The notes under the pieces were generated by a model. The model saw nothing but the letters and a program-made list of their open reading frames with translations, made no database searches and was not told the DNA's origin. Of a DNA stretch of 61,796 nt, positions 1 through 9,642 are shown one piece after another; the stretch's first letter is position 1, and every line of letters starts with the position of its first letter. The stretch is taken from positions 1 through 61,796 of the forward strand of contig JBFHWF010000006.1 in NCBI GenBank assembly GCA_041589175.1. The letters are read 5' to 3'. Source of the DNA: Gammaproteobacteria bacterium (lineage in GTDB: Bacteria > Pseudomonadota > Gammaproteobacteria > SZUA-229). The position numbers were made by a program, and so were the translations under genes.

Positions 1-7
1 ACGCGAC

Positions 8-1366
8 ATGAGCGAAAAGCGCGTACATTTTATAGATGATGATGTGACAGCAGGTGACCTGTTTCGTCGTTTTACCCGAGACAGCGAGTATGACGTTCAG
101 GTTTTCAGAGAACCCGTAGAAGCCCTGACAGATATTCGTGATCACGGCAGCAGCCTGGTTATTACCGATTTAAGCATGCCGGGCATGTCGGGGCTTGAAT
201 TGCTCGAGTCTATACGCCAGACTGATATCGAGTTGCCAGTCATAATGATCACCGGTTATTCCACTGAAGATAACGCCATTCGCGCACTTAAACTTGGCGC
301 AACAGACTTCATAAAAAAACCATACGACATCGACCAGTTATTGCAGCAGGTCGATGACGTTCTGCATCAGTCTGCTCAGCGCAAACTCGAAAAACAGAAA
401 CGCCCGAGACTCGTCGACAAGCAGGATCAGTTTGGCATGATCGGCAATTCACCTGCTGTGCAACGCATCTACGAAATCATTGATAAGATTTCTGACATTC
501 GTTGCAACGTAATAATCGAAGGCGAATCGGGAACCGGTAAGGAACTGGTGGCCCATGCATTACATAATCATTCAGACTTTTCCGATCAGCCCTTTATTGT
601 TATTGACTGTGGCTCACTCACCGACACTCTGCTTGAAAGTGAGCTTTTCGGTCATGAAAAAGGCGCCTTCACCGGCGCAACCCACACCAAGCAGGGCTTG
701 CTGGAAGTTGCCAGCGGCGGTACGATTTTTCTTGATGAAATCTGCAATATTTCTGACAGCATGCAGATGAAGCTCATGCGTGCTGTACAGGCACAGACCA
801 TTACCCGTGTTGGCGGGATTACACCCATCGATATCGATGTACGCTTTGTGGTAGCTACCAACCGAAACATTGAAGACATGATAGAACAGGGCCAATTCCG
901 CCATGACCTCTATCATCGACTTAATGTTGTGAAAATTCTGATGCCACCTTTACGAGATCGTGAAGACGATCTTGATCTTCTCATATCGCATTTTACGCAG
1001 GAATTTACCGAACGTTATCAGCGAAATATTTCCGGCTTCGATGACGCATCTCTTTCGCAACTTCACGGCTATCGCTGGCCAGGCAATATCCGGGAATTAC
1101 GTAATCTTATTGAGCGCAGTGTTGCATTATCCGATGGCCCTGTCATGCACATCGACCATTCGTTAATGTCCACCGAACAATCGACCGGCATTGATGCTGA
1201 CACACCCAGTCTTGAAGAACTGGAAAAACGATACATCTATAAAATTCTGGACAAATGTAGTGGCAATCGTGAACAAACCGCCAGCATACTGGGGATTAAC
1301 AAGTCTACCTTGTGGCGTAAACTTCAGAACTGGCAAAAGGCTGAAGCCGAGGATAAAAGCATCTAA
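8..1366 (+). CDS. Sigma-54-dependent response regulator (NtrC/AtoC family; REC-AAA+-Fis HTH)
   Basis: Receiver (IDDD, TDLSMPGMSG, FIKKP), Walker [33 protein letters not shown]-terminal HTH (ASILGINKSTLWRKL). Confidence 0.93.
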   Translation: MSEKRVHFIDDDVTAGDLFRRFTRDSEYDVQVFREPVEALTDIRDHGSSLVITDLSMPGMSGLELLESIRQTDIELPVIMITGYSTEDNAIRALKLGATDFIKKPYDIDQLLQQVDDVLHQSAQRKLEKQKRPRLVDKQDQFGMIGNSPAVQRIYEIIDKISDIRCNVIIEGESGTGKELVAHALHNHSDFSDQPFIVIDCGSLTDTLLESELFGHEKGAFTGATHTKQGLLEVASGGTIFLDEICNISDSMQMKLMRAVQAQTITRVGGITPIDIDVRFVVATNRNIEDMIEQGQFRHDLYHRLNVVKILMPPLRDREDDLDLLISHFTQEFTERYQRNISGFDDASLSQLHGYRWPGNIRELRNLIERSVALSDGPVMHIDHSLMSTEQSTGIDADTPSLEELEKRYIYKILDKCSGNREQTASILGINKSTLWRKLQNWQKAEAEDKSI

Positions 1367-1368
1367 CC

Positions 1369-1902
1369 ATGCCAGAAAATGACACCCAGATACGCGGCGG
1401 ATCACTGCATCAACGACAATCAACTAATACACGTTTCAATGGGCCGACGATCATCTGTGATGGCATTCAAACACCGGAAAACTTCGGCAGTATACTGCGT
1501 GTTGCAGATGCTGCTGGTTGCCAGAAAGTGATTCTTCTCGACAGCGAACTGGATACCCGTCATAAAAAACTCAGCCGCCTTGCACGCAGTACAGACAGGC
1601 ATATCGAAATTGAAGCCTCGACGCTGGAATTATTTTTACAAAACAGGCACCGCTATCAATCACTTTTTTCGCTCGAAATCACTGAGCACTCAAAAAACAT
1701 GTATCAACAGAATATTACATCGTGCGACGGAATAATTATTGGTCATGAGTCCAGGGGCGTACGCGATGAACTATTGCAAATATGCAAGGCATCTATTCAT
1801 TTACCGATGTTTGGTGTGAATGGCTCGATGAACCTGAGTCATTCACTGGCGTTATTTCTATTTGAATGGCGACGCCAGAAAGGCGACACCGACACAGCCT
1901 AA
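1369..1902 (+). CDS. TrmH/SpoU-family RNA methyltransferase (SPOUT domain only)
   Basis: PENFGSILR, IIGHESRGV and LPMFGVNGSMNLS SPOUT motifs. Confidence 0.85.
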   Translation: MPENDTQIRGGSLHQRQSTNTRFNGPTIICDGIQTPENFGSILRVADAAGCQKVILLDSELDTRHKKLSRLARSTDRHIEIEASTLELFLQNRHRYQSLFSLEITEHSKNMYQQNITSCDGIIIGHESRGVRDELLQICKASIHLPMFGVNGSMNLSHSLALFLFEWRRQKGDTDTA

Positions 1903-2447
1903 CGCACAAGGCCATCCTCTACCTGCTTGCGCTTATCTGCTCCTTCGATCAGCTCGATGAGACACAACGCAAAATCCATTGCTGTGCCCGGTCCACGTGA
2001 TGTCACAATCTTTCCATCTATTTCGATTGCCTTGCTGGAAACCTTTGTTGATGTTAGTTCAAGCGCATCAAGAACACCCGGATAAGCTGTCGCCGTTTTA
2101 TTTTCTAACAAGCCAGCCTGCGCGAGCGCTTTTGGTGCTGCACAAATTGCCGCTACATAGGCACCATTCTGTGCATGCTGTTTCAAAATTGATTGCACGC
2201 CTGGGTGGTCTCGCAAATGATCAGCGCCAGGCAAGCCTCCGGGTAACACAACCATATCAAATGACTGCCCCATAACCCTGTCGATGCTGGTTAACGGCAT
2301 AATGGTTGTACCTCTCGAGGCAACAACCGGTTTGTCATCAAGGCCCGCCGTGATCACTTCTATACCGGCCCTTACCAGCAAGTCTGTAATCGTTATTGCT
2401 TCCAGCTCTTCACAGCCCTGCGCTAGTGGCACCAGTACTTTACTCAT
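1899..2447 (-). CDS. yajL: DJ-1/PfpI-family protein (YajL/ThiJ-like glyoxalase/deglycase)
   Basis: EELEA, LPGGLPGA, AAICAAP catalytic Cys, TSRGPGTAMDFAL. Confidence 0.9.
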   Translation of the reverse strand: MSKVLVPLAQGCEELEAITITDLLVRAGIEVITAGLDDKPVVASRGTTIMPLTSIDRVMGQSFDMVVLPGGLPGADHLRDHPGVQSILKQHAQNGAYVAAICAAPKALAQAGLLENKTATAYPGVLDALELTSTKVSSKAIEIDGKIVTSRGPGTAMDFALCLIELIEGADKRKQVEDGLVR

Positions 2448-3804
2448 CGTCCTCTCCGGCCCCGGGTAATGGTTGATTACGCCTCGACATAATGTGCATC
2501 CCCTTGAGCAGATTCAATGCCTCATGGATTTTATAATCTTTTCGTAAAGACTCGGCGAGATCCTGTTTGTCTAACTTCAGCTCTTCTTTCCTGCTTTTTT
2601 TCTTCGCATTATCGGGGTTTATCAGGTGTCCGCTAAGATCTGATTCTTTTAGCTGATCCGCTTTTGCGTCTTTCTCCATGGTCACCACCATGTCTTTTAA
2701 CAGGATATCTGGCTCAATCCCCTGTGCCTGTATCGAGCGACCGTTTGGCGTGAAGTATCTGGCCGTGGTGAATTTAACCGCGCCGCCATTGCGTAATTCC
2801 TGAATGGTTTGCACAGAGCCTTTACCAAATGACTTCTGCCCCATAACAATGGCACGCTGATGATCCTGCAATGCACCTGCAACAATTTCGGATGCAGATG
2901 CTGAACCCGCATTGATCAGTACCACTATCGGCGCACCATCAAGCATATCCCCTTTGCTGGCATTAAATTCAAAATGTGATTCATCAATACGTCCTTCGGT
3001 ATACACCAGTTTTCCGTCTTCAATAAACAGATCTGCAGCATCGGCTGCGGCATTTAACACACCGCCTGGATTATTTCGTAAGTCCAGTATCAGACCATCC
3101 AGTGGCTTCTCGTTCTGCTGTTGCATTTTACTAATCGCTGCACGCAAATGACTGGCTGTTTTAGCCTGAAATGTACTTACCCGAATATAGGCGAAGCCAG
3201 GTTCCAGCAACTGACTTTTTACACTTTTAACTTTTATGATTGCCCGTTCAACGATGAACTTAATCGGCTCCTCCTTGCCTTCACGTATCACACTCAGTTC
3301 GATACTGGTACCGGGCTTACCTCGCATCACACGCACGGCATCATTCAGGCTCATGTCCTTCACAGACTTCTGGTCAAGTCGAATAATCAGATCACCCGCT
3401 TTCAGTCCCGCTCGATAGGCGGGCGTATCATCAATAGGTGAAATCACTTTTACAAACCCGTCTTCCATTCCCACCTGAATACCCAGTCCACCGAACTGTC
3501 CGGTGGTACCAATTTTCAGTTCTTTATATTCATCTGGATCGAGATAAGATGAGTGTGGATCGAGCCCGGACAACATGCCACGAATTGCATTCTCAAGCAG
3601 TTCCTTATCGCTGACTTCTTCTACATAATCTGCCTTGATTCTGGCGAGAATATCCGAGAAGTTACGTATTTCATCCAGTGGTACTATCTGGCGTAAGTTC
3701 TGCTCGGCATCTTCACTGACTTTATCTGACGCCTGGGCTGACAGGCCCACAATCAGGCAAAGTATGCTGACACCAAATAGCTGCAACGGTCTGCCGTAAT
3801 TCAT
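2440..3804 (-). CDS. ctpA: S41 carboxyl-terminal processing protease
   Basis: Signal peptide, LDPHSSYL, PDZ domain (GGLGIQV), LDLRNNPGG, SASASEIVAGALQD, SFGKGSVQ; lies downstream of envC. Confidence 0.93.
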   Translation of the reverse strand: MNYGRPLQLFGVSILCLIVGLSAQASDKVSEDAEQNLRQIVPLDEIRNFSDILARIKADYVEEVSDKELLENAIRGMLSGLDPHSSYLDPDEYKELKIGTTGQFGGLGIQVGMEDGFVKVISPIDDTPAYRAGLKAGDLIIRLDQKSVKDMSLNDAVRVMRGKPGTSIELSVIREGKEEPIKFIVERAIIKVKSVKSQLLEPGFAYIRVSTFQAKTASHLRAAISKMQQQNEKPLDGLILDLRNNPGGVLNAAADAADLFIEDGKLVYTEGRIDESHFEFNASKGDMLDGAPIVVLINAGSASASEIVAGALQDHQRAIVMGQKSFGKGSVQTIQELRNGGAVKFTTARYFTPNGRSIQAQGIEPDILLKDMVVTMEKDAKADQLKESDLSGHLINPDNAKKKSRKEELKLDKQDLAESLRKDYKIHEALNLLKGMHIMSRRNQPLPGAGEDDE

Positions 3805-3908
3805 TGACGACTCCTGTTCATGTCGCTCCCTCCGGGGGTATCTTCAACGGTTATTTTGATTTCGCATTGCTCAGTGCAGACATCACGCATGGCTGGACAG
3901 ATTTGCGA

Positions 3909-5090
3909 TTAGTTATCCTGTAATGCCAGGTGCTGCACCTGGCTTGAACACCACAACTTCGGGTTGACGGGTTTTCCCTGTTTTCGTATTTCAAAATATA
4001 AGCCAGATGTCTGCTGCCCGCCACTATCTCCCACGGTTGCAATCACCTCGCTACTTTCCACCCAGTCACCGACGCTTTTATACAGCTCCTGGGTATAGCC
4101 ATAAAGACTCATAAAGCCGTCGTTATGGTCGATGATCGTTATAAAACCATAACCCTGTAGCCAGTCGGCAAACGCCACCCGGCCATGACTCACGGCTCGG
4201 ACTGGTGTGTCGTAATCTGCATCGATCACCACGCCCTGCCAGGTCAGATCACCCTGCTGTCTGGCAGTTCCGTAGCGAGCACGGAACTTACCCTTAACTG
4301 GCCAGGGCAGTTGTCCCTTGAGATCACCAAACGGTTTCTGGGCATGGGGCTCAGCCGGAATATCTGCCAGCAGCTCACCCAGCGATTCCAGCAGACTTTC
4401 AATGCGTGTTCGGCTGGACTCAAGATCCTGCAAGGCCACCTGTTGCTGCTCGATATCTGTATTAATCCGCGCCAGTAACTGTTTACGATTATTGCGATTG
4501 CGGGTTAACTTGCGCTTTTCACTGGCTTTGCGCTCAACCAGCTCGGCCAGCTCACGACTGGTGTCTTCCACTTCACGCTGCAATGCTTTCTGCTGCTCAA
4601 TACTGGACAGAAACTGCTTGATCTCAGCACTACGTGCCTGATTGAGATAGTTGTAGTAGAGCATCGCCCGGCCCATTTCAGCCGGGTCCTGCTGATTCAG
4701 AATCATCTTCAGATGTGGCTGCTGCCCCATTGCATAGGCCGATCGCAGCTGATCAGCCAGAATATCACGCTGTTTAGTCAGGCTACGATTAAGCTCCTTA
4801 AGCGCTTTTTTGGTATTTTTAAGCTTTTTTACGGATTTTGTATGCTTTCGCTGTGTAATTCTCAGTGACTTTGCCGTTCTGGCAATTGTTATCTCCAGTT
4901 TTTTTAATTCATCGCGGACCGAATCCCGCTTGCTTCGATTCTCATCTAGCCCGGATAAAACAGTTGCAATTCTTTCCCGAATCTCTTGCAGACGGACTTC
5001 GTAGTCCTCCTGAGTCTCTCCAGATGTCACCACGGGCAGCAACAGCAGGCCTGCCAGCATAATGTGTTTTAACCAACGTAATTTATACAT
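3909..5090 (-). CDS. envC: Murein hydrolase activator EnvC (coiled coil plus degenerate M23/LytM domain)
   Basis: Signal peptide, long coiled coil, LPWPVKG, WQGVVI, LYFEIRKQGKPVNP; envC-ctpA synteny. Confidence 0.9.
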   Translation of the reverse strand: MYKLRWLKHIMLAGLLLLPVVTSGETQEDYEVRLQEIRERIATVLSGLDENRSKRDSVRDELKKLEITIARTAKSLRITQRKHTKSVKKLKNTKKALKELNRSLTKQRDILADQLRSAYAMGQQPHLKMILNQQDPAEMGRAMLYYNYLNQARSAEIKQFLSSIEQQKALQREVEDTSRELAELVERKASEKRKLTRNRNNRKQLLARINTDIEQQQVALQDLESSRTRIESLLESLGELLADIPAEPHAQKPFGDLKGQLPWPVKGKFRARYGTARQQGDLTWQGVVIDADYDTPVRAVSHGRVAFADWLQGYGFITIIDHNDGFMSLYGYTQELYKSVGDWVESSEVIATVGDSGGQQTSGLYFEIRKQGKPVNPKLWCSSQVQHLALQDN

Positions 5091-5232
5091 ATTATTGAAT
5101 CTAGAGGGTTTTTAGTGTTTACTGCTGATACTGCAGACCAGCTAGTCCAAATTTAAATTAAAAAATGCTGGATCTAAACATTTTTTTCAGTTAAAAAGTA
5201 TGTATCATTTTATGGCAGTTTACTAATATAAG

Positions 5233-5246
5233 TGAATGCATATTCA
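5233..5246. promoter_or_regulatory. Near-palindrome TGAATGCATATTCA, candidate ArsR autoregulatory operator
   Basis: TGAAT-N4-ATTCA inverted repeat just upstream of the RBS of the ArsR gene. Confidence 0.35.
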
Positions 5247-5262
5247 TCAGGAAGGTCGAAAA

Positions 5263-5598
5263 ATGGTTGCAAATGTTGAAGAAGAAACCCTGTTGATGAC
5301 GCGAGAAGAAGATATTGATCGTGCTTCCCGCTCATTAAAAGCCATGTCACACCCACTTCGCCTGAAGATTCTATGCACATTGCAGGATCAGGAAGTCAGC
5401 GTACAGGACATTGTCGACAATGTGGGTACATCCCAGAGCAATATTTCCCAGCATCTGGCAATACTTCGTGACAAGGGGATCCTGGCTTCACGTAAAGACG
5501 CAAATCGCGTATTTTACCGGGTTGGTGATGCACGCACCCTGCGCCTGATTGGCATGATGCAGGAAGTCTTCTGCTCACAGCGTCCACTGGATGAATAA
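5263..5598 (+). CDS. ArsR/SmtB-family repressor, BigR/SqrR/YgaV-like persulfide sensor
   Basis: SHPLRLKILC, SQSNISQHLAILR HTH, C-terminal VFC; start moved to ATG 5263 (GGAAGG upstream). Confidence 0.85.
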   Translation: MVANVEEETLLMTREEDIDRASRSLKAMSHPLRLKILCTLQDQEVSVQDIVDNVGTSQSNISQHLAILRDKGILASRKDANRVFYRVGDARTLRLIGMMQEVFCSQRPLDE

Positions 5599-5635
5599 TT
5601 CAGGATATTTGTTTATCTCTGTGTAATCTGCCCGG

Positions 5636-5664
5636 TTTAAGGGCAACAGCGAACAGGATATAAT
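5636..5664 (+). promoter_or_regulatory. Putative sigma-70 promoter for rhodanese-grxC-trxC-secB-gpsA
   Basis: TTTAAG-17 bp-TATAAT. Confidence 0.4.
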
Positions 5665-5723
5665 AGGCCTCTGTCTACCCAGCGTAGCCAGGGGCCTCGT
5701 ATTTTTTAACTGGAGTTTTTTCA

Positions 5724-6149
5724 ATGGCTCAATTGATTGAGTTTGCCGGCAACCACCTCATTCTGGTGTCTGCGTTTGCCGTAATCACAGCACTGATTAT
5801 CAAGACTGAAATTGACATTCGCATGAGCAATGTGACTCAGTTAAATGTCAACGATGCAGTGCGCCTGCTAAATGATGATAACGTGGTAATCCTCGATGTC
5901 CGAGAATCGAACGAATACCAGTCCGGGCATCTCCGTGAAGCCATCCATATCCCCATGTCCAGTCTGAACAAGCGGATTGGGGAGCTGGATAAATACCGCG
6001 ACAGACCAATTCTGGCGTATTGCCGCTCAGGCAGCCGCTCCAACTCAGCCTGCCGTACCCTGAGCAAGCAGGGCTTTGAGAAGGTTAACAACCTGGCCGG
6101 TGGCATGATTGGCTGGGCCAGCGCTAACCTGCCCATTTCCAAGAAGTAA
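5724..6149 (+). CDS. Membrane-anchored rhodanese-domain protein (YibN-like)
   Basis: N-terminal TM helix, LDVRESNEYQSGH, active-site loop YCRSGSRS, LAGGMIGW; upstream of grxC-secB. Confidence 0.88.
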   Translation: MAQLIEFAGNHLILVSAFAVITALIIKTEIDIRMSNVTQLNVNDAVRLLNDDNVVILDVRESNEYQSGHLREAIHIPMSSLNKRIGELDKYRDRPILAYCRSGSRSNSACRTLSKQGFEKVNNLAGGMIGWASANLPISKK

Positions 6150-6156
6150 GCAGACC

Positions 6157-6420
6157 ATGGCACAAGCAGATATTACCGTCTATTACGCTCCTTTCTGCCC
6201 CTACTGTGGCTGGGCCAAACAGCTGCTGGAAAGCAAGAATGTGGCATTTACCCTGATTAATGTGAACGATGACCCGGATACTCGCCAGGAAATGGAGCAG
6301 CGCTCGGGTCGCACCAGCGTTCCACAAATTTTTATCGGCGACACCCATGTCGGTGGTTATGATGACATGGCTGCCATGGATGACCGTGGCGAACTTGACC
6401 CTCTGATCGCCGCAGGCTGA
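6157..6420 (+). CDS. grxC: Glutaredoxin 3
   Basis: CPYC, SVPQIFIGDTHVGGYDD; start at ATG 6157. Confidence 0.92.
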   Translation: MAQADITVYYAPFCPYCGWAKQLLESKNVAFTLINVNDDPDTRQEMEQRSGRTSVPQIFIGDTHVGGYDDMAAMDDRGELDPLIAAG

Positions 6421-6425
6421 ATCAG

Positions 6426-6848
6426 ATGCAGCTGGTTTGCCCACACTGCCAGGCTCTCAATCGTATTCCCGGTGACCGTGACGCCAGTCAGGCGAATTGT
6501 GGCAAATGCCATTCACCACTGTTCCAGGGTCTGGCACTTGAAGTCACTAGCAGTAGCTTCGAGCGCTTCCTGCTAAAAAATGACACACCGCTCGTCGTCG
6601 ACTTCTGGGCCAGCTGGTGTGGCCCCTGCAAGATGATGGCCCCTGCTTTTCAGCAGGCAGCCGCCAGGATTGAGCCTGCTGCTCGCCTGTTAAAAATCAA
6701 TACGGAGAATGAACAGGCCCTGGCAGCCCGTTACCAGATTCGCAGCATTCCCACTTTAGTGGTATTCTCCGCAGGCAAAGAGACGGCGCGGGTGTCAGGA
6801 GCACTGGATCAGCACAGCCTGCTGTCATGGATTAATCAAAATATTTAA
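6426..6848 (+). CDS. trxC: Thioredoxin 2 (zinc-finger thioredoxin)
   Basis: N-terminal CPHC and CGKC zinc motifs, WCGPC active site. Confidence 0.92.
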   Translation: MQLVCPHCQALNRIPGDRDASQANCGKCHSPLFQGLALEVTSSSFERFLLKNDTPLVVDFWASWCGPCKMMAPAFQQAAARIEPAARLLKINTENEQALAARYQIRSIPTLVVFSAGKETARVSGALDQHSLLSWINQNI

Positions 6849-6863
6849 AATCAGGTTTACAAC

Positions 6864-7322
6864 ATGAGCGAAGAACAGAATCAGCAACAGTTTGCTATAC
6901 AGAAAATTTACCTCAAGGACGTGTCCTTTGAATCACCCAATGCACCTTCCGTTTTTACAGATGGAGAGTGGAAGCCCGAAATCAACGTACAGCTGAATAC
7001 CGAAACCAAAGCAGTGGCTGAAAACCTGCATGAAGTTACTCTCACGGTGACTGTTACTGCCAAGCAGGGTGACAAGACCGCCTTCCTGGTCGAGGTCAAG
7101 CAGTCTGGTCTGTTCCAGATGTCCGGTTTCCCACAGGAGCAAATGGCCGGTATGCTCGGTGCTTACTGCCCTGAAACCCTCTTCCCTTATGCCCGCGAAG
7201 CGATTTCAGATCTGATTGGTAAGGGCGGCTTCCCGCAGCTATTACTGTCACCCGTCAACTTTAATGCCCTGTTTATGCAACATCAGCAACAACAGGCTCA
7301 ACAGGCAGGTTCTTCACACTAG
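6864..7322 (+). CDS. secB: Protein-export chaperone SecB
   Basis: IQKIYLKDVSFESPNAP, AYCPETLFPYARE, GGFPQLLLSPVNFNALF. Confidence 0.97.
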   Translation: MSEEQNQQQFAIQKIYLKDVSFESPNAPSVFTDGEWKPEINVQLNTETKAVAENLHEVTLTVTVTAKQGDKTAFLVEVKQSGLFQMSGFPQEQMAGMLGAYCPETLFPYAREAISDLIGKGGFPQLLLSPVNFNALFMQHQQQQAQQAGSSH

Positions 7323-7340
7323 GCTGCCGGACCACGGCTT

Positions 7341-8342
7341 ATGAGTGAAACTCGGCAAATAGCCGTCCTCGGTGGCGGCTCCTGGGGTACAGCACTGGCT
7401 ATCCAGCTAGCACGGGCACAACAGCCCGTGGTGCTCTGGGACATCTCATCACAGCACCTGCAGGCGATGCAGAAGAACCGTGTCAATCAGATCTACCTGC
7501 CGGGTATTCCCTTGCCCGACAACCTGGGCTTTGAGTCTGACCTGCATTCCCTGGTTAAGCAGTCTGATACCTTACTACTTGCTATTCCCAGTCATGCCAT
7601 CCGCGATTTTCTCAAACAGATTAGCGCCGATATTAAGCCCGAGCAGGCGATCGTCTGGGCAACCAAAGGCCTGGAAGAGCACAGTGGAAAGCTGATCCAC
7701 CAGATTGTTAATGAGATGCTACCCCAGTGCAGCCAGATAGCTGTTATTTCCGGCCCCACCTTTGCCGGAGAAGTCGCCAGAGACCTGCCCACAGCGGTTA
7801 CCGTCGCAGCCAGCACCACGACGATGGCCGATCATGTAGCCAGCTATCTGCATTACGGCAACTTCAGAGTTTATACCTCGGAAGACATGACCGGTGTAGA
7901 ACTGGGCGGGGCACTCAAGAATGTACTGGCTATCGCGGCCGGTATTGCTGATGGGCTAGGGTTTGGTGCCAACACCCGTGCGGCGCTAATAACCCGCGGC
8001 CTTGCAGAGATCATGCGCCTTGGACTTACCATGGGAGCCCATGCTGAAACCTTTATGGGCCTCGCCGGGCTGGGGGATCTGGTATTAACCTGTACCGACG
8101 ATCAGTCCCGAAACCGTCGTATGGGTTTAGCGCTTGCAGAAGGCCTTAGCATCGAGCAGGCACGCGATCGTATTGGACAGGCGGTCGAGGGCGTAAAAAC
8201 CGCACGCGAAGCCTGGAAGCTGGCACAACAGCATCAGGTGGACATGCCCATCTTCGAGCAGACTTATGCCGTACTCTATGAGGGCAAGGCACCTCGTGAT
8301 GCGGTACATGACCTGTTAACTCGCGAAGCAAAATCCGAATAA
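7341..8342 (+). CDS. gpsA: NAD(P)H-dependent glycerol-3-phosphate dehydrogenase
   Basis: GGGSWGTALA, SGPTFA, GGALKNVLAI, GLGDLVLTCTDDQSRNRR. Confidence 0.97.
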   Translation: MSETRQIAVLGGGSWGTALAIQLARAQQPVVLWDISSQHLQAMQKNRVNQIYLPGIPLPDNLGFESDLHSLVKQSDTLLLAIPSHAIRDFLKQISADIKPEQAIVWATKGLEEHSGKLIHQIVNEMLPQCSQIAVISGPTFAGEVARDLPTAVTVAASTTTMADHVASYLHYGNFRVYTSEDMTGVELGGALKNVLAIAAGIADGLGFGANTRAALITRGLAEIMRLGLTMGAHAETFMGLAGLGDLVLTCTDDQSRNRRMGLALAEGLSIEQARDRIGQAVEGVKTAREAWKLAQQHQVDMPIFEQTYAVLYEGKAPRDAVHDLLTREAKSE

Positions 8343-8432
8343 CGCTAAAACAGCCGCCCACACAGGTAAATTCAGCCACTCCTGTCGACATTTAAATGGG
8401 ATGGCAAACCGCCGTCGAAATAATCTACCCGA

Positions 8433-8446
8433 TTGAGCTCGATCAA
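8433..8446 (+). promoter_or_regulatory. FNR-like box upstream of the cytochrome c peroxidase gene
   Basis: TTGAG-CTCG-ATCAA, one mismatch to TTGAT-N4-ATCAA. Confidence 0.5.
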
Positions 8447-8448
8447 CT

Positions 8449-8515
8449 ATATATTTTATCTATTATACGCATAGCAATAATCAATTTGATAAATATTAGT
8501 GGATTCTACTATTAT
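8449..8515 (+). promoter_or_regulatory. OxyR-like site abutting a sigma-70 promoter for the peroxidase gene
   Basis: ATAT-N7-CTAT-N7-ATAG-N7-CAAT (8449-8485; two mismatches to ATAG-N7-CTAT-N7-ATAG-N7-CTAT), followed directly by TTGATA (8486) and TATTAT (8510). Confidence 0.6.
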
Positions 8516-8547
8516 ACCCCCAGTAGACAACTGGAAAAGGTATAAAC

Positions 8548-9567
8548 ATGAAGAAAATCATAATCTTAGCTGCTGTTCTTGGCGCTGGCAGTGCATCAGC
8601 ACAATGGCAGGCTCTGCCTGAAGTCGCTCCTGCACCCGCTGATAATCCCACAACAGAAGCCAAGGTGAAGCTGGGACAAACACTCTATTTTGACCCTCGC
8701 ATTTCCAGCACAGGCACAGTTTCCTGCAACTCCTGCCACAACGTAATGGAAGGGGGAGATGACAGCCGTCCTACGTCTATGGGTGTCCATGGCCAGGTTG
8801 GTGGGCGTAGCGCACCGACGGTATGGAATGCGGCTTTTTATTCTACCCAGTTCTGGGATGGCCGTGCCAATACCCTGGAAGACCAGGCCAAGGGCCCGAT
8901 GACCAATCCGATTGAAATGGGTATGAAGGACCACGACAGCGTGATGGAGCGCATTCGCCAGTATGACGGTTACCGTGCGATGTTCAAGAATGCTTTTGGT
9001 AATGCTGAAATGACGATCGACCAGGCCGCCAAGGCAATCGCAGCCTACGAACGTACGCTAATTACACCGAACAGCCCCTACGATCGCTTTGTCAAAGGCG
9101 ACAAAGAGGCATTAGATGCACAACAGCAACGGGGTATGAAGCTGTTTGCGGACATTGGTTGTGCTTCCTGTCACAGTGGCCCGGCATTCAATGGTCAGCA
9201 GGGTGTGGAAATTGGTACACCGGTACTGATGAAGTTCCCAACCTTCACCGACAATGAATACACAAAGCAGTATGACTTTATGGCTGACACAGGCCGTGAA
9301 GAGGTCACCGGCGACAAGGCTGATGCACATATGTTCCGCATTCCAACACTGCGTAACATCGCTCTGACAGCGCCTTACTTCCACAATGGTAAAGTGGCAG
9401 AGCTCAACACAGCCGTTAAGGTTATGGCTAAAACACAGCTCAACCAGGATCTGACAGAGCAGCAGACTGCTGATATTGTTGCCTTCCTGAATGGCCTGAC
9501 CGGCGAGTTCCCTGCACAGTCAATGCCTCGTTTACCTGGCACAATGAACACTAGCCTGGTGAAATAA
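8548..9567 (+). CDS. ccpA: Periplasmic diheme cytochrome c peroxidase
   Basis: Signal peptide, two CXXCH motifs (CNSCH, CASCH), QFWDGRA, NPIEM, LRNIALTAPYFHNG. Confidence 0.93.
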   Translation: MKKIIILAAVLGAGSASAQWQALPEVAPAPADNPTTEAKVKLGQTLYFDPRISSTGTVSCNSCHNVMEGGDDSRPTSMGVHGQVGGRSAPTVWNAAFYSTQFWDGRANTLEDQAKGPMTNPIEMGMKDHDSVMERIRQYDGYRAMFKNAFGNAEMTIDQAAKAIAAYERTLITPNSPYDRFVKGDKEALDAQQQRGMKLFADIGCASCHSGPAFNGQQGVEIGTPVLMKFPTFTDNEYTKQYDFMADTGREEVTGDKADAHMFRIPTLRNIALTAPYFHNGKVAELNTAVKVMAKTQLNQDLTEQQTADIVAFLNGLTGEFPAQSMPRLPGTMNTSLVK

Positions 9568-9588
9568 CTGCTGGCACATCGCCACCAG

Positions 9589-9622
9589 AAAAACCCCCGA
9601 TCTGCTCGGGGGTTTTTTATTT
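9589..9622. terminator. Bidirectional intrinsic terminator
   Basis: AAAAACCCCCGA-TCTGC-TCGGGGGTTTTTT between convergent genes. Confidence 0.85.
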
Positions 9623-9642
9623 GTCAGGTAAAAATGAAGCAA

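Noticed and set aside
8403-8430. GGCAAACC...CGAAA resembling a c-di-GMP-I (GEMM) riboswitch
   Set aside because: Sequence after GAAA cannot pair back, the GGGACGCAAAG element is missing, and it lies upstream of the predicted promoter
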